Below are positions 50,701 to 60,500 of a stretch of 64,000 bases of DNA, piece by piece (within the stretch, counting starts at the first letter, position 1; each line of letters begins with the position of its first letter). The notes under the pieces are model-generated. The model was not told where the DNA came from. It made no database searches and saw only the letters and a program-made list of their open reading frames with translations. The position numbers were made by a program, and so were the translations under genes. This DNA comes from Sumerlaeia bacterium (lineage in GTDB: Bacteria > Sumerlaeota > Sumerlaeia > SLMS01 > JAHLLQ01). Where the stretch lies: positions 32,001-96,000 of the forward strand of contig JAVJSW010000068.1 in assembly GCA_040219255.1 (NCBI GenBank), written 5' to 3'.

Positions 50701-52473
50701 CTGGTGGAGCCGCTGACCGAGCAGGCCGATCTCGATCGCCAGCGCTGCAACCGCCTCTTCCATCGCGTGCGCGACCTGAAGAATTGCGACAAGGGCTCGG
50801 CGGCCTGGATACAGTGCAACACCGATCCTCTCGAAGCGCCGCTGCCTCCCGAACTGCAGAAGCGCCTCGTCGAACTCGACAAGAAGCGCACCCTCTACAA
50901 GCAGAACCTGGAAACCGCCCGCAGCGCCGCGAACGAATTCGTGGCCCACGTCGAGAACTACCAGACCTTCCTGCTGCTCCTCGCGGACGCCATGGAACTC
51001 TCGGTGGACATCGAGGAAAACGGCGCCTCGATGAGCGACGAGGAGTTGACCGCCAAGATGGAGCAGCTCGCCGAGCTTCTTCAATTCTCCATGGAAGCCC
51101 TCAATAAGTACTACGACAACGTGGACGTGATCGAGCGCACTTTCGACGAAACGACGAAGAGCCTCGACGCCCTCGAGCAGGCCAAGATGATCGCGGCGGA
51201 AGAAGCCGCCATCGTGGCCAGCCTGATCGCCATGGACGAAGAATCGGACCAGGGCGACCCCGGTATCCTCGTCAACATCGGCGGCCAATCGGGCATCGCG
51301 GCCACCAAGTCCGGCCCCGGCGGCAACTTCGTCGCCTATCGCTTCGCCACCGTCGGCCGGCGCGACGACGCCGTCACCTTCGACGGCGGGACGGTCAACC
51401 TGAACGGCAGCCTGCCCGATACGCTCTTCAGCGGTCAGAAAGAACTGGCCTTCGGCACGCTTGCCTTCCCCTTCACGCCGCAGCAGACCGTGGAATTCGA
51501 CATCGCCTTCGACGCCGAAACCATTGGCCTGGCGATCGGCGTTCAAGACACCGCCGGCATCCCGCCGGTGGTGGAATTGCTGGTCCCCGCGCCTTCGAAG
51601 GGCACCGGCGGCGGCCTTGTCATTCCGCCGGGCGCGCCTTACCTGGTGCGTGGCACGGCCAACGACGATGTGGTGACCTATTCCTCGCGCTTCCAGATCA
51701 ACGGCGTCCCCACGGTGGCCCTCGGCACCACGGACACGCCCAACAATCCGAATCCGATGACGTTTGAAACCTTCCTGCAAGCCCCCGCCGGGGACGAGGA
51801 CGGTGGCAAGGGCGGCATCCAGATGCTGACCGTTCTGGCCGAAGCCATCGACTCGGGCGGCAATATCGGCCAGAGCGGCGTCGGCACCGTCACCGTGGAC
51901 CCGGAGGCCAGCTTCGCCGCCAGCATCGTCCCCGACGGCGCCATCACCACTGCGGGCGGGGCGCCCATCCAGTTCACCGCCACCATCACCGATTCGGGCG
52001 ATCCTCTGCCCTCGCCGGTCTGGTTCATCGATGGCGTCAACGGCGGCAACGCCGTCAGCGGCACCATCACGCAAACCGGTCTCTACACGCCTCCGGCGGA
52101 GTCGGAAGCCTTCGTCGATCAAGTGGACATCCAGGTGCTCAGCCTCGATCAGCCCCAGCTCGTCGGCCAGACGACCGTGACCATCGTGGCCAATACCATC
52201 CCGACAACGACCGTTTCGGTGCTGAACCTCACACTGCCCAACGAACGCAGTGGCCGCACGGCTAGCGAACCGGTCTCGGTCCTCGGTCTGTTCCTCTCCA
52301 ACGAGAAGAGCGGCCGGGTCGCCGCCGATCCGGTTTCCGTGCTCGGTCTCTTCATCTCGGACGAACGGGGCGGGACATCGAACTCGGATCCGGTTTCCGT
52401 TCTCGGTCTCTTCCTGCCCACCGAACAATCCGGGCGCGCCAACTCTGAACCCGTCTCCGTGGACAACAACTAA
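47722..52473 (+). CDS. Giant secreted multidomain protein (dockerin-like, Ig-like, CBM-like, PT linker, Cys-flanked helical domain, C-terminal 20-aa repeats)
   Basis: Signal peptide; GDFNQDGVADSADL; DLDPPVLEITAP; Pro/Thr linker; PVWFIDGVNGGN..GTITQTGLYTPP. Confidence 0.85.
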   Translation: MPILTRRPGVLCLPILVLSAQALLAQGDFNQDGVADSADLIAYQGAVAAVDPASPEAVDALDFDQDEVLGKLDLEILAGWLLGETFTLPPDLDVTNPPKGTIYTATSSMMIEGTVSQVVDLVIGDLEFPNTTGSFSRTVFFEPGLNIVEITASVPGDDSVPDARQTREVVLDLDPPVLEITAPVPNGPALAGEMVMVSGIVTDETPTEVRIVTSRANVRATPDIFGEWSTEVPVEPGLRDITVTVTDSAGLQNSIVLPVRTFLSPEQTLVSSGGALAMLPEGAIPMEDMVVRIDDVDNAELEGILGVDLLTQGPAGGFEELPEGAIIMPSAIMLEVQDGPEQGERQFMKDIEIALPNTANASNQMPLWIFQIQPDADGDGEPQLGLVSRARVSDDGQFIVPITDGDSPADEALPGFLDGANPRFDETTLGQVEAAKAVQNLKARLEGKAAFDPLAMNVGYAIPPYQAAMPSALDTMEPPPVPAALADLLPSTKRGQVAGKQALPFRLLIEDYEDRIPVGVPDLLNLLQPPGVTYFSAPTTATFSGIVPNPLQANDLIGQGNPARSSAPRIVGGVPVRGQLGPHADPDRFSVYMSFFGQEQAFDLMAAGFNGTGQVQLCFDTRGLAASNQQFSVTIHDGDGPGEFIDFTPADDWREIGINISNFDIDVTDMRRIEWRLTGPSGSPVNWNLDHVVLKSTVELSPPPTEPPPPTPTPTGTIVDPTPPPTPHPTATTEPPVTPTPSPTRSTTGGDPTPTPGPTSPPTPGPDETPTPMPTATPPMPTPPPDRPKTQVTFYCCAASAVIPYTGKTKCDDDENVDQQRLRDCIAREQAALRRCEADLKRLQDEIDRLANGGLQGHRTAFGSTVNVGGVNVPTVLGGSAFRMFPFLSPASKGLGVGRDVAVTIADGYMSVEDIAAAAQSGDRNQQTQAAVTTTARVLNNSVRFLAKDVEDGQITSQLQRRNGFKNALSATRLLTNLYKTVQAGYQMIDALYLVEPLTEQADLDRQRCNRLFHRVRDLKNCDKGSAAWIQCNTDPLEAPLPPELQKRLVELDKKRTLYKQNLETARSAANEFVAHVENYQTFLLLLADAMELSVDIEENGASMSDEELTAKMEQLAELLQFSMEALNKYYDNVDVIERTFDETTKSLDALEQAKMIAAEEAAIVASLIAMDEESDQGDPGILVNIGGQSGIAATKSGPGGNFVAYRFATVGRRDDAVTFDGGTVNLNGSLPDTLFSGQKELAFGTLAFPFTPQQTVEFDIAFDAETIGLAIGVQDTAGIPPVVELLVPAPSKGTGGGLVIPPGAPYLVRGTANDDVVTYSSRFQINGVPTVALGTTDTPNNPNPMTFETFLQAPAGDEDGGKGGIQMLTVLAEAIDSGGNIGQSGVGTVTVDPEASFAASIVPDGAITTAGGAPIQFTATITDSGDPLPSPVWFIDGVNGGNAVSGTITQTGLYTPPAESEAFVDQVDIQVLSLDQPQLVGQTTVTIVANTIPTTTVSVLNLTLPNERSGRTASEPVSVLGLFLSNEKSGRVAADPVSVLGLFISDERGGTSNSDPVSVLGLFLPTEQSGRANSEPVSVDNN
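52211..52470 (+). repeat. Intragenic 60-bp tandem repeat (VSV units)
   Basis: c(c/g)gt(t/c)tc(g/c)gt recurs at 52211, 52271, 52331, 52391 and 52451. Confidence 0.9.
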
Positions 52474-52507
52474 CCTCCTAGAATTCTCGAAAGGACGCAG
52501 CTCGATC

Positions 52508-53920
52508 ATGGCTCCTTCAATTTCCTCCTCAATTCTCCGTTCACTTACTCTGGGAGCCGGAGTCTTGGCTCTGCCGCTCCTGGCCGGCGCCCAGTCTTTC
52601 AGCAGCGGCTCCGATGGCTCCGACGGCGCGTTCAACCCGCAGTCGGACATGACCTTCGATGTGACACAGGCCGAGTATAATTTCACCACCATCGACATTC
52701 CGCAAGGCGTCACGGTGACGTTCAACCCGGACCTGACGAACAACTCTCCGGTGGTCTGGCTGGCCAGCGGCGACGTGACCATCGCGGGCACCATCAATGC
52801 CGACGGTGAGCAGGGCCACGATTGCGACGCCGCGTTCTTCACCCGGTCGGTCGGCGGACCCGGCGGCTGGAGCGGCGGCACCGGTGCGCAGGCGCCCATC
52901 GGGGATCCGGACGTGTCTCTGCAAGCCACCGCCGGCCACGGGCCCGGAGGCGGCCGGGAGGCACAAAGCGATTTCGACGGCGGCAACGGCGCGGGGCACC
53001 TCAACCCCGGCAATCGCGGTCAGGGATCCCAACCAAACGACCGCATCGCCAAAGCCTACGGCAACTCCTTCGGCGTTCCGCTCCAGGGCGGCAGCGGCGG
53101 CGGCGGCGGCGGCTTTCAAACCAACACCATCGTCAAAGGATCTGGTGGTGGCGCCGGCGGCGGCGCTCTTCTCATCGCCTCTTCTGGGGACATCGCCGTC
53201 AGCGGTTCCATCTCGGCCGACGGCGGAGAATCCGGCGGCCGCACCACCACAGCCGATTGCTACTTTGGCGGTGGAGGCAGCGGCGGCTTCATCCGCCTCG
53301 TCGCGAACGACATCACCGTCTCCGGTTCTCTCTCGGCACGGGGCGGTTCAGGCGTTCGTCAGGACAGCACCAGCCGCTCCGGCGGCGATGGCTCCCTGGG
53401 CCGCATCCGTCTCGACGCCTTCACCTTCGATCTGTCCGGCTCGTCCGTTCCCAACGCTTCCACCGGGCCGCCGGTGCTGCTCGATCTGCCCAGCGCCGCC
53501 CCGCGCCTGACCATTGCGACCATTGGCGGCAACGCGGTGCCCAGCGATCCGAGCGGAACAACCAGCAACCCGGACGTGACCATCATGTCCAGCGACCCCG
53601 TCGCCGTGGTGGTCAACGCGGCCAACATCCCCATCGGCACCACCGTCGATCTGCTCGTCTTCGCGGCCAATGGCCCGAGCGCCATTGTCACGACATCCGG
53701 TCTCACCGGCAGTGTCGCCAGTTCGACCGCCACCGCCAACGTCACCTTCCAGCCCGGCACGACCCAGATTGTCGCCACCGCCCAGTTCACCCCGTCCAAG
53801 AGCCTGACCGCCCCCAACGGCGAAGCGGTCGCCAGCGTCCGCATCTCCTCGACCGCCGATGGCCAGCAGGAAGTGGCCTACACGACCGTCTCCGGCGAAG
53901 TGATTTCCGTTTCGCAATAG
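52508..53920 (+). CDS. Secreted glycine-rich protein (FSSGSDGSDGA N-terminus, C-terminal Ig-like domain)
   Basis: Signal peptide LAGA-QSF; GGSGGGGGG, GGGAGGG and GGGGSGG blocks. Confidence 0.85.
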   Translation: MAPSISSSILRSLTLGAGVLALPLLAGAQSFSSGSDGSDGAFNPQSDMTFDVTQAEYNFTTIDIPQGVTVTFNPDLTNNSPVVWLASGDVTIAGTINADGEQGHDCDAAFFTRSVGGPGGWSGGTGAQAPIGDPDVSLQATAGHGPGGGREAQSDFDGGNGAGHLNPGNRGQGSQPNDRIAKAYGNSFGVPLQGGSGGGGGGFQTNTIVKGSGGGAGGGALLIASSGDIAVSGSISADGGESGGRTTTADCYFGGGGSGGFIRLVANDITVSGSLSARGGSGVRQDSTSRSGGDGSLGRIRLDAFTFDLSGSSVPNASTGPPVLLDLPSAAPRLTIATIGGNAVPSDPSGTTSNPDVTIMSSDPVAVVVNAANIPIGTTVDLLVFAANGPSAIVTTSGLTGSVASSTATANVTFQPGTTQIVATAQFTPSKSLTAPNGEAVASVRISSTADGQQEVAYTTVSGEVISVSQ

Positions 53921-53955
53921 ACCCCGCGGCTTCCGCTTCCTCCCTTGTGTCCCCG

Positions 53956-53985
53956 GCCCGCTTCCTTCGCGAAGCGGGCTTTTTT
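53956..53985 (+). terminator. Rho-independent terminator
   Basis: gcccgcttc-cttcgc-gaagcgggc-tttttt. Confidence 0.85.
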
Positions 53986-54072
53986 GTACCCACCGCCCCT
54001 CCTTTTCACCGATTCTTGGCATCATATTCTCAAAGGTGCATTCCAAGTACCCTCGTGATAGGGAGGAAAACA

Positions 54073-55419
54073 ATGACCGCCAGGCAAGCAAGGGAATGTG
54101 TCCGGCGAGCGGCCCGGCCAATCACAGACAATCCCAAGGATTTCACGCCGCTTCTCGACTTGATCGGCGACGCGCGTTTCGTTTTGATCGGCGAGGAATC
54201 CCACGGTACGCAGGAGTTCTATCGAGACCGTGCCGAACTGACGAAGCTCCTCATTCGCGAGAAAGAGTTTTGCGCAGTCGCCGCCGAGGCCGATTGGCCC
54301 GACGCGCACGGCATCACGTCCTACGTCTCGGGAAAATCGAACGGCGGGGCGGCTGGGGCCGAGCGCAGCCTCTCGCGCTTCACCCGCTTTCCGCTTTGGA
54401 TGTGGCGAAACACCGAAGTTCTGAAGTTTGTCCGCTGGCTCCACGATCACAATGCGGCCTCTGACGAAGAACCGGTCGGTTTCTACGGGCTCGATCTCTA
54501 CAGCCTTTTTGGGTCGGTCAAGGCGGTGCTCGATTTCCTGGAGAGCACCAACCCCGAGGAAGCCCGCCGCGCCCGTGAGCGCTACGATTGTCTCGGGCTC
54601 CTATCCTCGGACGATGGCCAGGCCTACGGCTACCGCCTCACCGCCGGTCAGAACGGCGATTGCGAGGACGAAGTCCTGGAGCAACTGGTGGCCCTCCGCG
54701 AGCAGCAGGCCGCGTTCCTCAGCGCCGATGGCCGCCGCGCCCGGGACGACTTTTTTTACGCCCATCAAAACGCCCGCCTCGTCCACAGCGCCGAGCAATA
54801 CTATCGGGCCATGTTCAGCGGCAAAGAAAACACGTGGAACCTGCGCGACCGCCACATGGCGGAAACGCTCGAGGAACTCGCCAACCATCTCTCCCAGCAC
54901 CAACCCAACCCGAAGATCGTCGTCTGGGCGCATAATTCGCACATCGGCGACGCGCGCTTTACCGATATGGGCATGCGGCGCGGCCAGCTCAACCTCGGCC
55001 AATTGGCCCGCGAACGTTATAGAAGGGGAGCAATCCTGATCGGGTTCTCCACTTACTCGGGCACCGTGACGGCGGCCAGCCGCTGGGGCGGCGTGATGGA
55101 GCGCAAGACGGTGCGTCCCGCTCTTGAGGAAAGTTACGAAGCCCTCTTTCACGAAGCCCGCAGCGGCGAGTCGTTCCTATTGCCGCTCCATGCGAACCGC
55201 GAGATTTTCGAAGCCCTCCTCCCAGAGCGCCTCGAGCGCGCCATCGGCGTCATCTACCGCCCGGAAACCGAGCGCTTCAGCCATTACTTCGACGCCTCCC
55301 TCTCGCGACAGTTCGATGCCGTCATCCATCGCGACGTCACAAGCGCGGTGGAACCACTCGATCATTCACTACGATGGAACAAGGAGCGCGTGCCGGAAAC
55401 TTATCCTCACGGCCTCTAA
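54073..55419 (+). CDS. Erythromycin esterase family protein
   Basis: IGEESHGTQEFY, EADWPD, WMWRN, WNLRD, VWAHNSHIGDAR, RAIGVIY. Confidence 0.9.
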   Translation: MTARQARECVRRAARPITDNPKDFTPLLDLIGDARFVLIGEESHGTQEFYRDRAELTKLLIREKEFCAVAAEADWPDAHGITSYVSGKSNGGAAGAERSLSRFTRFPLWMWRNTEVLKFVRWLHDHNAASDEEPVGFYGLDLYSLFGSVKAVLDFLESTNPEEARRARERYDCLGLLSSDDGQAYGYRLTAGQNGDCEDEVLEQLVALREQQAAFLSADGRRARDDFFYAHQNARLVHSAEQYYRAMFSGKENTWNLRDRHMAETLEELANHLSQHQPNPKIVVWAHNSHIGDARFTDMGMRRGQLNLGQLARERYRRGAILIGFSTYSGTVTAASRWGGVMERKTVRPALEESYEALFHEARSGESFLLPLHANREIFEALLPERLERAIGVIYRPETERFSHYFDASLSRQFDAVIHRDVTSAVEPLDHSLRWNKERVPETYPHGL

Positions 55420-55457
55420 CGCCGACCATAACTCAACTAAACGAGAGGAATTTACCA

Positions 55458-56123
55458 ATGGCTCACCGCACCGTTCAACACGATCAAGTCGTGATCCAGA
55501 CGGAAGGCCTCACTCTCGAAGGCGACCTCCAGCGTCCCGGCGGCGCCACAGGCCTCGTGATCTTCGCCCACGGCAGCGGCTCGTCGCGCCACAGTTCGCG
55601 CAATCGCTACGTCGCCCGCAATCTCAACGACGCGGGCCTCGCGACGCTGCTGTTCGACCTCCTGACCGGCCAGGAGGACGTCATCGACCGCCAGACGCGC
55701 GAGCTGCGGTTCGACATTCCGATGCTCTCGGCCCGCATGGCGGGGGCGGTGGATTGGGCGCAGAAGGCATTGCAGACCGAGGGCCTGCGCATCGGCCTCT
55801 TCGGCGCCAGCACCGGCGCGGCGGCGGCTCTGAACGCGGCGGCCGAGCGCCCGGCATCTGTGGCCGCCGTGGTCTCTCGCGGAGGCCGCCCGGACCTCGC
55901 GGCCCCCAACCTCCCTCGCGTCAAAGCCCCCACCCGCCTCATCGTCGGCGGCGAAGACGGCCCCGTCATCGGCATGAACCGCGAGGCCTACGATCTCCTC
56001 GACCTCGAAAACAAGGACCTCACCATCGTCCCCGGCGCCACCCATCTGTTCGAGGAACCGGGCAAGCTGGACGAGGTGGCGCGGCTCACCGCCGAGTGGT
56101 TCGACCGCTTCCTTCAGCCCTGA
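55458..56123 (+). CDS. Dienelactone-hydrolase-like alpha/beta hydrolase
   Basis: FAHGSGSSR, FGASTGAAAA, SRGGRPDLA, GATHLFEE. Confidence 0.9.
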   Translation: MAHRTVQHDQVVIQTEGLTLEGDLQRPGGATGLVIFAHGSGSSRHSSRNRYVARNLNDAGLATLLFDLLTGQEDVIDRQTRELRFDIPMLSARMAGAVDWAQKALQTEGLRIGLFGASTGAAAALNAAAERPASVAAVVSRGGRPDLAAPNLPRVKAPTRLIVGGEDGPVIGMNREAYDLLDLENKDLTIVPGATHLFEEPGKLDEVARLTAEWFDRFLQP

Positions 56124-56126
56124 TCG

Positions 56127-57284
56127 TCAGGGTTTCAGCACGACCTTCACACAGTCGTCTTTCTTGTCGCGGAACATCTTGTAGCCCTTGCTGACTTCTT
56201 CCAACGGCAGGTGATGAGTGATGATGTCGTCGAGGACCACCTTGCCGTCGGCCACGAGACGCAGCAAGTCGTCGATGTAATTCTGCACCGGAGCCTGGCC
56301 CAAGCGCAGGCGGATGGCCTTGTCGAACATCTGGTGCAGCGGGAACTCGCGGTAGGGCATCCCATAGACGCCGACCACGGTGACGGTTCCGCCGCGGCGC
56401 ACGGCGTCCAGGCAGGTCGTCAGGACCTTGTCGCTGCCGCGTTCCAGCAGGGCGGCGGCTTTCGCCTTCGTCAGGAGGCCGCGGTCTGGCTCCATGCCGA
56501 CGGCGTCCACGCAGACATCGGCGCCGCGGCCGCCGGTCATCTCGCGGATCGCGTCCACCACGTCCACCTCGGTCGCGTCGAGGACCTCGGCGTTCGATGC
56601 GCGGCGGGCCATTTCCAGGCGATAGGGCTGGACGTCGATGCCGATGACTCGGCCAGCGCCTTGCAGCCAGGCCGATTTCTGGGCCATCAGCCCCACCGGC
56701 CCACAGCCGAACACGGCCACCGTTTCGCCGCCTTTCAGTTCGGCCCAATCGATGGCGGTCCAGCCCGTGGGGAAAATATCGGTCAGGAACAGGACCTGAT
56801 CGTCCGACAGTTCTTCGGGGATGATGCGCGGGCTGACGTCCGCATAGGGAACGCGCACCGCCTCGGCCTGGCCGCCTTCATAGCCCCCGTAAAGATCCGT
56901 GTAGCCGAACAAGCCTCCGCCCTTGCCCTTCAGCAGGCCGCCCTGCGGGCCGTAGTGCTTCTCGTTGCTGTGCTCGCAGGCCGTCGGCAGGTGGTTGCGG
57001 CAGAAGTGGCACTGGCCGCAAGCGATGGGAAAGGGCACCACCACGCGGTCGCCCTTTTTCAGGTTGCTGATTTCCGAACCGACGTCCTCCACGATGCCCA
57101 TGAACTCGTGGCCTAGGGTCATGTTGCGGGGCTGGGGGAACATGCCGTCGTAGATATGCAGGTCCGACCCGCAGATGGCGGTGGACGTCACACGGAGGAT
57201 GGCATCGCGCGGGTGCTTGATTTCGGCGTCCGGAATGTTGTCGCAGCGAATGTCGCCTTTCGAGTGAAACACGGCGGCTTTCAT
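56127..57284 (-). CDS. Zinc-dependent alcohol/formaldehyde dehydrogenase (YbdR-like)
   Basis: AICGSDLH, GHEFMG, CGQCHFC..C, FGCGPVG. Confidence 0.92.
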   Translation of the reverse strand: MKAAVFHSKGDIRCDNIPDAEIKHPRDAILRVTSTAICGSDLHIYDGMFPQPRNMTLGHEFMGIVEDVGSEISNLKKGDRVVVPFPIACGQCHFCRNHLPTACEHSNEKHYGPQGGLLKGKGGGLFGYTDLYGGYEGGQAEAVRVPYADVSPRIIPEELSDDQVLFLTDIFPTGWTAIDWAELKGGETVAVFGCGPVGLMAQKSAWLQGAGRVIGIDVQPYRLEMARRASNAEVLDATEVDVVDAIREMTGGRGADVCVDAVGMEPDRGLLTKAKAAALLERGSDKVLTTCLDAVRRGGTVTVVGVYGMPYREFPLHQMFDKAIRLRLGQAPVQNYIDDLLRLVADGKVVLDDIITHHLPLEEVSKGYKMFRDKKDDCVKVVLKP

Positions 57285-57509
57285 AGGCTTTGGCCCTCTC
57301 TTTCCTTCAAAGTTGTTCTGAGGGTCAGCAAGCCACGTTCCCCCGTACCGGAGACCACTTTTCGGCACTCGGGCGTGAGTCTAAATTTGAGGGCAAACCT
57401 TCTCCAGATAAGACTTCACCTTGACGGTTCGCAGCCCAGAGTTTTGGCTAAGGGCGCAAATTGAAATCATTACTACGTTGGCAGTCCAACTCCGGGAGAT
57501 CGCCCCTCC

Positions 57510-60500
57510 ATGTCTTGCGTCTTCATCAAGCGGCTCACCGCCGCCATGCTTCTTCTTTTGTCCATCGCGCCCGTTGCGGGTGTTGCCTCCTCGCCCGAGG
57601 TAGCCGTTCAGAAATCCCACCACGAAGACCACGTCATCATCGTGAAATTCCGCGACGGACTGAAGGTCCGCTTGCGGGCGGGCGAGCTAAAGGAGGAATC
57701 GGGCAAGGGCCTCAAGAGTGCGGCCGAAGCCAAGGTCTTCTCGCGCTACGACGCCTCGACCTGGAAACGGCTTCATCAGGCGCCGGAGAAGGAACTCGAT
57801 GGCCTGCGGGCCTTGGGCGCGAGCAAGTCGGGCAAGGCGCTTCCCGACTTGAACAACTACTATCATCTGTTCCTGGCGGACGGCGTTTCGGCGCAGGAAG
57901 CCGTGAACGACTTCCGTGGCTTGGAGAGCGTGGAAGGCGCCTGGTTCGTCAGCAAACCGCTGCCCTCGGCGACCCCCTTGGAATACACGAACCCCGACCC
58001 GGCCGATCCGGCGTTCACTTATCAGGGCTATCTCGATCCCGCCCCCGAGGGGATCGACGCGCGCTATGCGTTTGAACTGGGCATCAACGGGTCCTTCATG
58101 CGCGTGGCCGATGTGGAGTATGGCCTGAATCACAGCCACGAGGATTTCCCCTCCATCACGCTGATCCAGACGCCGAACCTGCCCCAGGGCTTCACCGACG
58201 ACCACGGCACCGCCGTCATGGGGATGCTGTCCGCCGATCCGTTCAACGACTTCGGCGTTTCCGGCATCGCCTCGTCGGCCGATTTCTTCTTCTCGCCGAG
58301 CTACTACACCGGCGTCGTCAACATCCCCGCGGCGATCACGAACATACTCGCGGCGGGCGGAGGCGGGTTCGAGGAGGGCGACATCATCCTCCTGGAAGCC
58401 CAATCTGCGGGGCCCAACTTCGACAGTGACCAGAACCCTCAATTCGGGCTGGTACCGGTGGAGTGGGAAAAACCCACCTACGACGCCATCATCACCGCCA
58501 CCGCCAGCGGCGTCATCGTCGTCGAAGCCGCCGCCAATGGCTCGCAAGATCTCGACAATTCCGATTACACCACCGGCAACGGCGGCCATTTTCCCTTTCA
58601 GATGGCCGGCAACACGCGGCTCAAGGACTCGGGCGCCATCATTGTGGGGGCTGGGCGGGGGCCTGCCTACGGCGACGATGCCCGCAGCGCCTATGGCTAT
58701 TCGAACCATGGCGGGCGCGTCGATGTGCAGGGCTGGGGTGGTCTCGTCGTGACCTCCGGTTACGGCTTGCTATACCCGGGTGAGGACGAACTGGACGCGG
58801 ACTCGGACAACGATCTGTGGTACACGGGGGAATTCGGTGGCACGTCCAGCGCCTCGCCCATGGTGGCGGGCGCCGCCGCCCTGATCCAGGACTTCCACAA
58901 GCGCTTCGACAACTACGCTGGCGAGGTCCTGTCGCCTTCCGAACTGCGCCAGCTCCTGATCGACACCGGTACGCCACAAACCGGCAGCAACGAAATCGGT
59001 CCGTTGCCGGATATAAGAGCGGCGTTCACTTCGCTGGCCGGGCCGGACCTGCCGCTCGCTCCGGTGATTACGCCAAACGGAGGTCCCTTCGATGCGCCCG
59101 CCCAAGTCACCATCGACTTCGCCCCCGCCGATACCAACGGCATCAATCTGCGCTACACGCTCAACGGCAGCGATCCCACGCCCGAGGACTTTCAATTCAT
59201 CCCGAGCCAGGGCGACCGGCTTTATCTGAACTATTCCGCCACCGTCAAAGCACGCGCCTTCAACGGTCTGGGCCTTCCGGGCCCGGTCACGACCGCCGAA
59301 TTCGTTTCGACCACGCCCCAGGTCGAGCCAGTTGCCATCCTGCCGGCCAATGGTGAGTTCACCGGTTCGGTGCAGGTTTCCCTCAGCACCGCCACCCCGG
59401 GCGCCACGATCCGCTATCGCACCGATGGACGGTCGCCGTCCTTCTTCTATCCCGGCACACTGTACAATGGGCCATTCACCATCGACGACGACGCCACGAT
59501 CACCGCCCGCGGCTATAACGACGGGTTCTACAAGAGCGACGTCAGCACAAAGGAATTCACCCGTTTGCCGGATCCGGAGGTCACTCTGCCCAGCCCGACG
59601 ATCTATCCAGGCACCGGAGAATTTGCCGGTGGTCTGACGTTCTACATGGGCACCACGATCCTCGGCGGGGAAATCCGCTTCACGATCGATGGGTCGGAGC
59701 CCACGGTTTCCTCCCCGGTTTTCTCCGACCCCATCACGATCCAGAGCCCCCTCGCCCGGACGACCGTCACCGCCAAGGCCAAAGTCTTCCTCGATGGCTA
59801 CAACCCCAGCGACACGGCGACGGCGGAATACACGATCTTCAACGAACTCGACCCGCCCATCATCGAAGTCTCGCCCGGTACGGAAGCCGTTGGCCAAGCC
59901 ACCATCACCATGACCAACCCGAACCCGAGCGGCCGCATCCACTACTCGCTCAGCGGCACCGTCCCCTACCTCTTCGATCCGGTCTACAGCGAGCCCATCG
60001 AGTACGACGACCCGGGAGGCCGGACCATCTATGCCGTGGTGTACGACTCCGGCGTCTTCAGCGACTTCGCCGAGGTCCGCATCACCGTCTACAGCGAAGA
60101 CGCCGATCAGGTGGAAGACCCCGTCCTGACGCCGCTCTTCGGCACGATCATCGGTGGCTCGGAAGTCACCATGACCTCTCTGACCCAGAACGCCATCATC
60201 CGCTATGAACTCGGCGACAATGAGGCGGCCAGCCCCGTGACGACTTCCAGCCCCATCTACAACGGCCCCATCGAACTCCTCGATCAGGATGGCGACCCCT
60301 TCACCAACGACTTCTACTTCTTCCGCGCCAAGGCCTTCCGCACGGGCTTCATTCCCAGCAACGAATTCTTCAAGACCTACTCGGTCAGCGATCCCCTCGG
60401 CACCATCGCCAACCCGCAGATCACCACCGATGATGGCCTCGACCCCGCCACCGGCAAGTACATCAACCCCATCGACCTTGAATTCATCATCAGCACCACA

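Noticed and set aside
52211-52470. 60-bp periodic repeats as a possible CRISPR array
   Set aside because: They are in-frame coding repeats varying mainly at synonymous sites, with no unique spacers and no cas genes.
48883-53013. 1376-aa minus-strand ORF
   Set aside because: It is the antisense shadow of the GC-rich 47722-52473 gene and has no recognisable motifs.
52822-55419. Apparent long N-terminal fusions (also 25283-27589, 3649-5508 and 29877-31160)
   Set aside because: The extensions are off-frame overlaps of upstream genes. More plausible starts (SD, ATGA coupling or family N-terminus) lie at 54073, 26816, 4249 and 30450.
54073-55419. Macrolide resistance claim
   Set aside because: The erythromycin-esterase-like family next to a DLH-like hydrolase is widespread, and most members are not shown to inactivate macrolides.
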